A DNA stretch of 64,000 bases, taken from Bugula neritina. Taxonomy: Eukaryota > Animalia > Bryozoa. The notes under the pieces were generated by a model. The model searched no databases and was not told the origin of the DNA. It saw only the letters and a list, made by a program, of their open reading frames with translations. This document shows positions 60,720 through 64,000 of the stretch, piece after piece. The stretch lies in the NCBI GenBank assembly GCA_964035545.1, contig OZ037770.1, positions 11,366,463 to 11,430,462 on the forward strand, written 5' to 3'. Position 1 is the stretch's first letter, and each line of letters starts with the position of its first letter. The position numbers and the translations under genes were made by a program.

Positions 60720-60900
60720 AAAATAGTCACGTGACACTGGAAAACCGCAAACGACCGTGCCACCAGATGAACTTATTCTGCAAGATAAAACGTATGAAAC
60801 TAGGATCGAAATGTGCAAGTGGGAGTAACCGGAAGACAAGAGCGTGATTAGGTATTTACGTCATGTCCGGAAAAGGCGTTGCCCCATCTCGTGCAAAGTT
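60720..60900 (+). promoter_or_regulatory. Candidate promoter of the TRIM-like gene
   Basis: CpG-containing patch with GTCACGTGAC (60726-60735), ACCGGAAG (60828-60835) and TTACGTCA (60856-60863); candidate 5'UTR donor ag|GTTAGT near 61027. Confidence 0.45.
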
Positions 60901-61440
60901 CTACATTCACATTGACTGCTAACAGTAACAGTCTGGAGTTCTTACCTGAAAAGCAGGGTCTCAATTGAGGCTTCTTCTTTTTGAAGTGGTGAAATCTGTT
61001 GAACTGGAAATTTGAGCAACACATAGGTTAGTATATTCTGTAAATTTTAGAATTAAATCACAGCTGTAAAGGTGTCATTCACCAAATAAATTTAAAACTA
61101 AATATTTAAAAGTACCTTGATCTTGAAACTAAAAGTAAAGTTTTACTTATTGAAGTTAAACAGAACTTGTTGAAGTGCTTGACTGCATTTTGAATATTTT
61201 CTACAATTACTCGAAGTTTGCTAACTAACCCACATGCTGGTGTCAATAATGTCATGGTGATATTTGGTCATTACGTGCATAGTGCATACTGGTTATTATA
61301 AATATTAAATTTAATCACTCACAATCACAATGATTAAGGCATCCTTATTTTCTATAACTCCATGTCTACAGACAATCGCTGCACATATTTATGAATGTAA
61401 ACTCTAGTTTTGTAACTGTACTAGCTAACTACTATTACTA

Positions 61441-62658
61441 GTAAGGATAAGGGGGGGGGGGGGGAGCACAACGGTCATAGGCGTACAAAAAGCCGGCCAA
61501 CTTGTGAGAGAACTTATTGACTTAGAGTTGTGATTTTTTTTCATAAAAAGGCATTGAAATAATTATTCAGCCATTATAGTTTCAACACTTGAGGAACAGT
61601 CGTGTTGAAGAAGTGGGTAAAAAACTGTTTTTACCTACCTTTTGTAAATGTTTTAAGATTTCATTAAAGCTTTATAACTTTTTACATTCAAAGGCAACAA
61701 GCCTAGATTTTACTGATGTTGTTGCCATTGCTTGTCTCTATATTGCTTAACTAGTACCATTGTACCCTAATCACTGTTATAAATTTGTTTGCCCAAAAGC
61801 TGGTTGAAATGTTACTAAAGTCTATAGATATAGTCATTTCTGACCTTTTTATAAAATATCAAAGACATCATGGTAAGACTACAAAACTACAAGGTGAAGC
61901 TCCCCTAATATATATACATCTGGTGAGGTTAAAGTTTTGCCATTTTATACGTAATACTAGTAGTAGATAGTCATGATATTCATTATGTATTAAATCATTG
62001 AGGGAATATACATGTATTTGACTATAAACTGCGTTTTGTTCGTTTGCTCCCGCCCCCCCCCTCCCTTCCGTACTCCAGCCACAAACCGAAGCCATGCACC
62101 TTAGCTACAAATCATAGAAAAAAATCCACTCGAATTTTTGTAATACATGTTACTAAAGTTTTTTCTGATAAAAGTTTTTCTGAAGTGAAATTAAAAACAC
62201 ATTTTTAGTTCTGAACAGTAATGATAATGGCACCGTAGAACTGAGTAATGTGCGTTTGATTTTGTCTTCCTCTGCTATCCGTGGTGGCACAAACTGTACA
62301 GCTAAAACATGAATGTCGCTGAAGGCCTGAAAGAATATTTTTATTTATTTGTAATATTAAATAAATAAAGATCAGATGCAACAAAATTTGCAAAGTTTCA
62401 ATATATTTGCTGTGTCCCACTCAGTGGCCCATTGTACCTCGGTACCAAGGCACAATGGGCCGATTTTTTCGTCATGAAAATTTCATTATTTTGAAAGTTG
62501 TGAGAGAGATAGTAACAACAAACTGATACCTGTAATAGACAACAGATGCAGCATTAAGACTAGAAATTATTGCACTAGTAACTTCAAAAACAGACGAATG
62601 AGAGCAAAAAATTCAAAATTCGGCCCTTTGTGCCCACCCCCCCCTCGGTTACCCCTAC
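61441..62658 (+). mobile_element. Non-autonomous DNA transposon (Tc1/mariner-pogo-like), full length ~1.2 kb
   Basis: TA flanks on both sides; imperfect TIRs GTAAGGATAAG(n)AGCACAA / TTGTGCCCAC(n)TCGGTTACCCCTAC; second copy at 1420-2607; no transposase ORF. Confidence 0.8.
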
Positions 62659-62875
62659 TAACAGTTTAACATAACATGCAGTCTAACCAATATGTACTAG
62701 CATGTAGTACAGGCTGTACTAATTATTGCAAGTACCAAAGAGTGAATTTTGTACTTTTTATGTTACAGTACCATGTAACAACTTCTTTACTATGCAAATC
62801 ATATTTTAACAATCTATTGTAGTAAGTCAGAAAATAACACAAACACAAAATACTAAATGCTCTCATTACAGTGAA

Positions 62876-63674
62876 ATGGCTGCAGCAAAAGAAGTTGAGT
62901 GTGGATTCTGTTTACTAAAAGAAGGTTTAGAGAATCCCAAGTGCCTACCATGTGGTCATGTACACTGTTTACTATGTCTTACTCGTAATGTTGATGTGAA
63001 TGACATGATCAGGTGTCCCTGGTGTAGGTAAGTTAGTTTTGTATAGGCAGAGCTGAGACATACTATTTGTAAAGAGTTGATGATTTACATCATATGTTTT
63101 ACCTTCCTCTAAATTATTGCATTCCATTATATATAGTTTCAATTATTACTAAATAATTATGGGTCTTGTCACAGGGAAGTGTTTGATGTGAGAGTGGAAA
63201 GTCTTCCATCTGCTGATGTAGTAGACAACTCCGTATCATGTGACGTCTGCACTAAGAAAGGGATAGAAAAAGTACCAGCAGTCATATACTGTACTGTGTG
63301 CCGGAAACTTCTCTGCAGAAAACATGATGAGGTGATACTTTCATTAAATATTTCTTCAGTTGATGTTCAACACTGCATACACTAACTCAGCCTCTGATTA
63401 CATGAATGTTGGTTTGTCAGAAAACATTTAGAACTCATATTTTACTTTTGTTTTTTGTTTTTCAATAAATGTATATTCTGCTATATTCAGTCACATGATG
63501 ACACCAATGATGACCACCAAAAGATGACCATCTCGGACTACAGAATACAAGCCAAGAGACTGGAGAAAAGAGTTTGTCCCAAACACACAGCATATCCTTA
63601 CTCGCTGGGGTGCAGAGTTTGTGTACAGCTGTTTTGTTTGAAGTGTGCTTCTTCGGGCAACTTGTGTGTTGGAG
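62876..63674 (+). CDS. TRIM-like RING / B-box / B-box E3 ligase, first three coding exons (3' partial)
   Basis: Exons 62876-63027, 63175-63331, 63491-63674 in frame. RING CGFC...PKCLPCGHVHCLLC...CPWCR; B-box1 CDVC...YCTVC...LC..H; B-box2 CPKH...C..C....C..C. Confidence 0.88.
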
Positions 63675-63757
63675 GTAAGAAAGTTCTGCTGAAGGTTAAT
63701 TCATATTTAGTTTAGTATATCTAATAAACTATATAACCTCTTCAGTGCGGGAGAAGT

Positions 63758-63911
63758 GGGTGCAGTGTTGGAGAAATTGAGAATAGCCTGTGTTCTATAT
63801 TAGAAATATATCAGGAGAAGTTACGCTCTAGCGAGAATTTCAACCCGCGCCCTAAACCAAAGTTTAGCAGCAAAATTAAAGAGTTTAGTTTGTCTCAATT
63901 TCTCTACTACT
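63758..63911 (+). mobile_element. MITE, same family as 43809-43958
   Basis: GGTGCAGTGTTGGAGAAATTGAG...CTCAATTTCTCTACTACT with a shared interior. Confidence 0.65.
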
Positions 63912-64000
63912 AAATGATGTGCAAGCAGCTGTGGTGGTTAGAGCACTGATATTAGTTTGAATCTCAGACATAGTCAGTGGTTGAATTCCGAAGGTTATGA

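Noticed and set aside
63925-64000. tRNA-like or SINE head at the window end
   Set aside because: Too degenerate and truncated to call.

Overview
AT-rich, intron-dense metazoan DNA, probably an invertebrate; the taxon cannot be determined from the sequence. Gene models were spliced by hand from GT-AG sites with continuous reading frames. Left to right: (1) the 5' end of one copy (1-355) and a complete copy (4655-7346, minus) of a ~7-kb tandemly duplicated orphan gene; (2) two tandem 12-exon SLC2A/GLUT class I-like sugar transporters (9164-16039 and 17627-26910, plus); (3) a 19-exon mind bomb 2 E3 ligase (27740-45571, minus) with a probable hidden alternative exon in intron 4; (4) a 5-exon folate-receptor/riboflavin-binding-protein-like gene predicted to be GPI-anchored (50819-53586, plus); (5) a young non-autonomous Ty3/Gypsy LTR retrotransposon (55310-60577) with apparently identical 353-bp LTRs, a CCTG TSD, intact gag, a pol remnant lacking RT, RNase H and the integrase core, and a third, apparently spliced gene encoding a two-zinc-finger, coiled-coil, Arg-rich protein; (6) the first three coding exons of a TRIM-like RING/B-box gene (from 62876, plus). 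MITEs, tRNA-derived SINEs and micro/minisatellites fill the introns. The best candidate for a novel system is the intron-containing accessory ORF3 of the LTR element.
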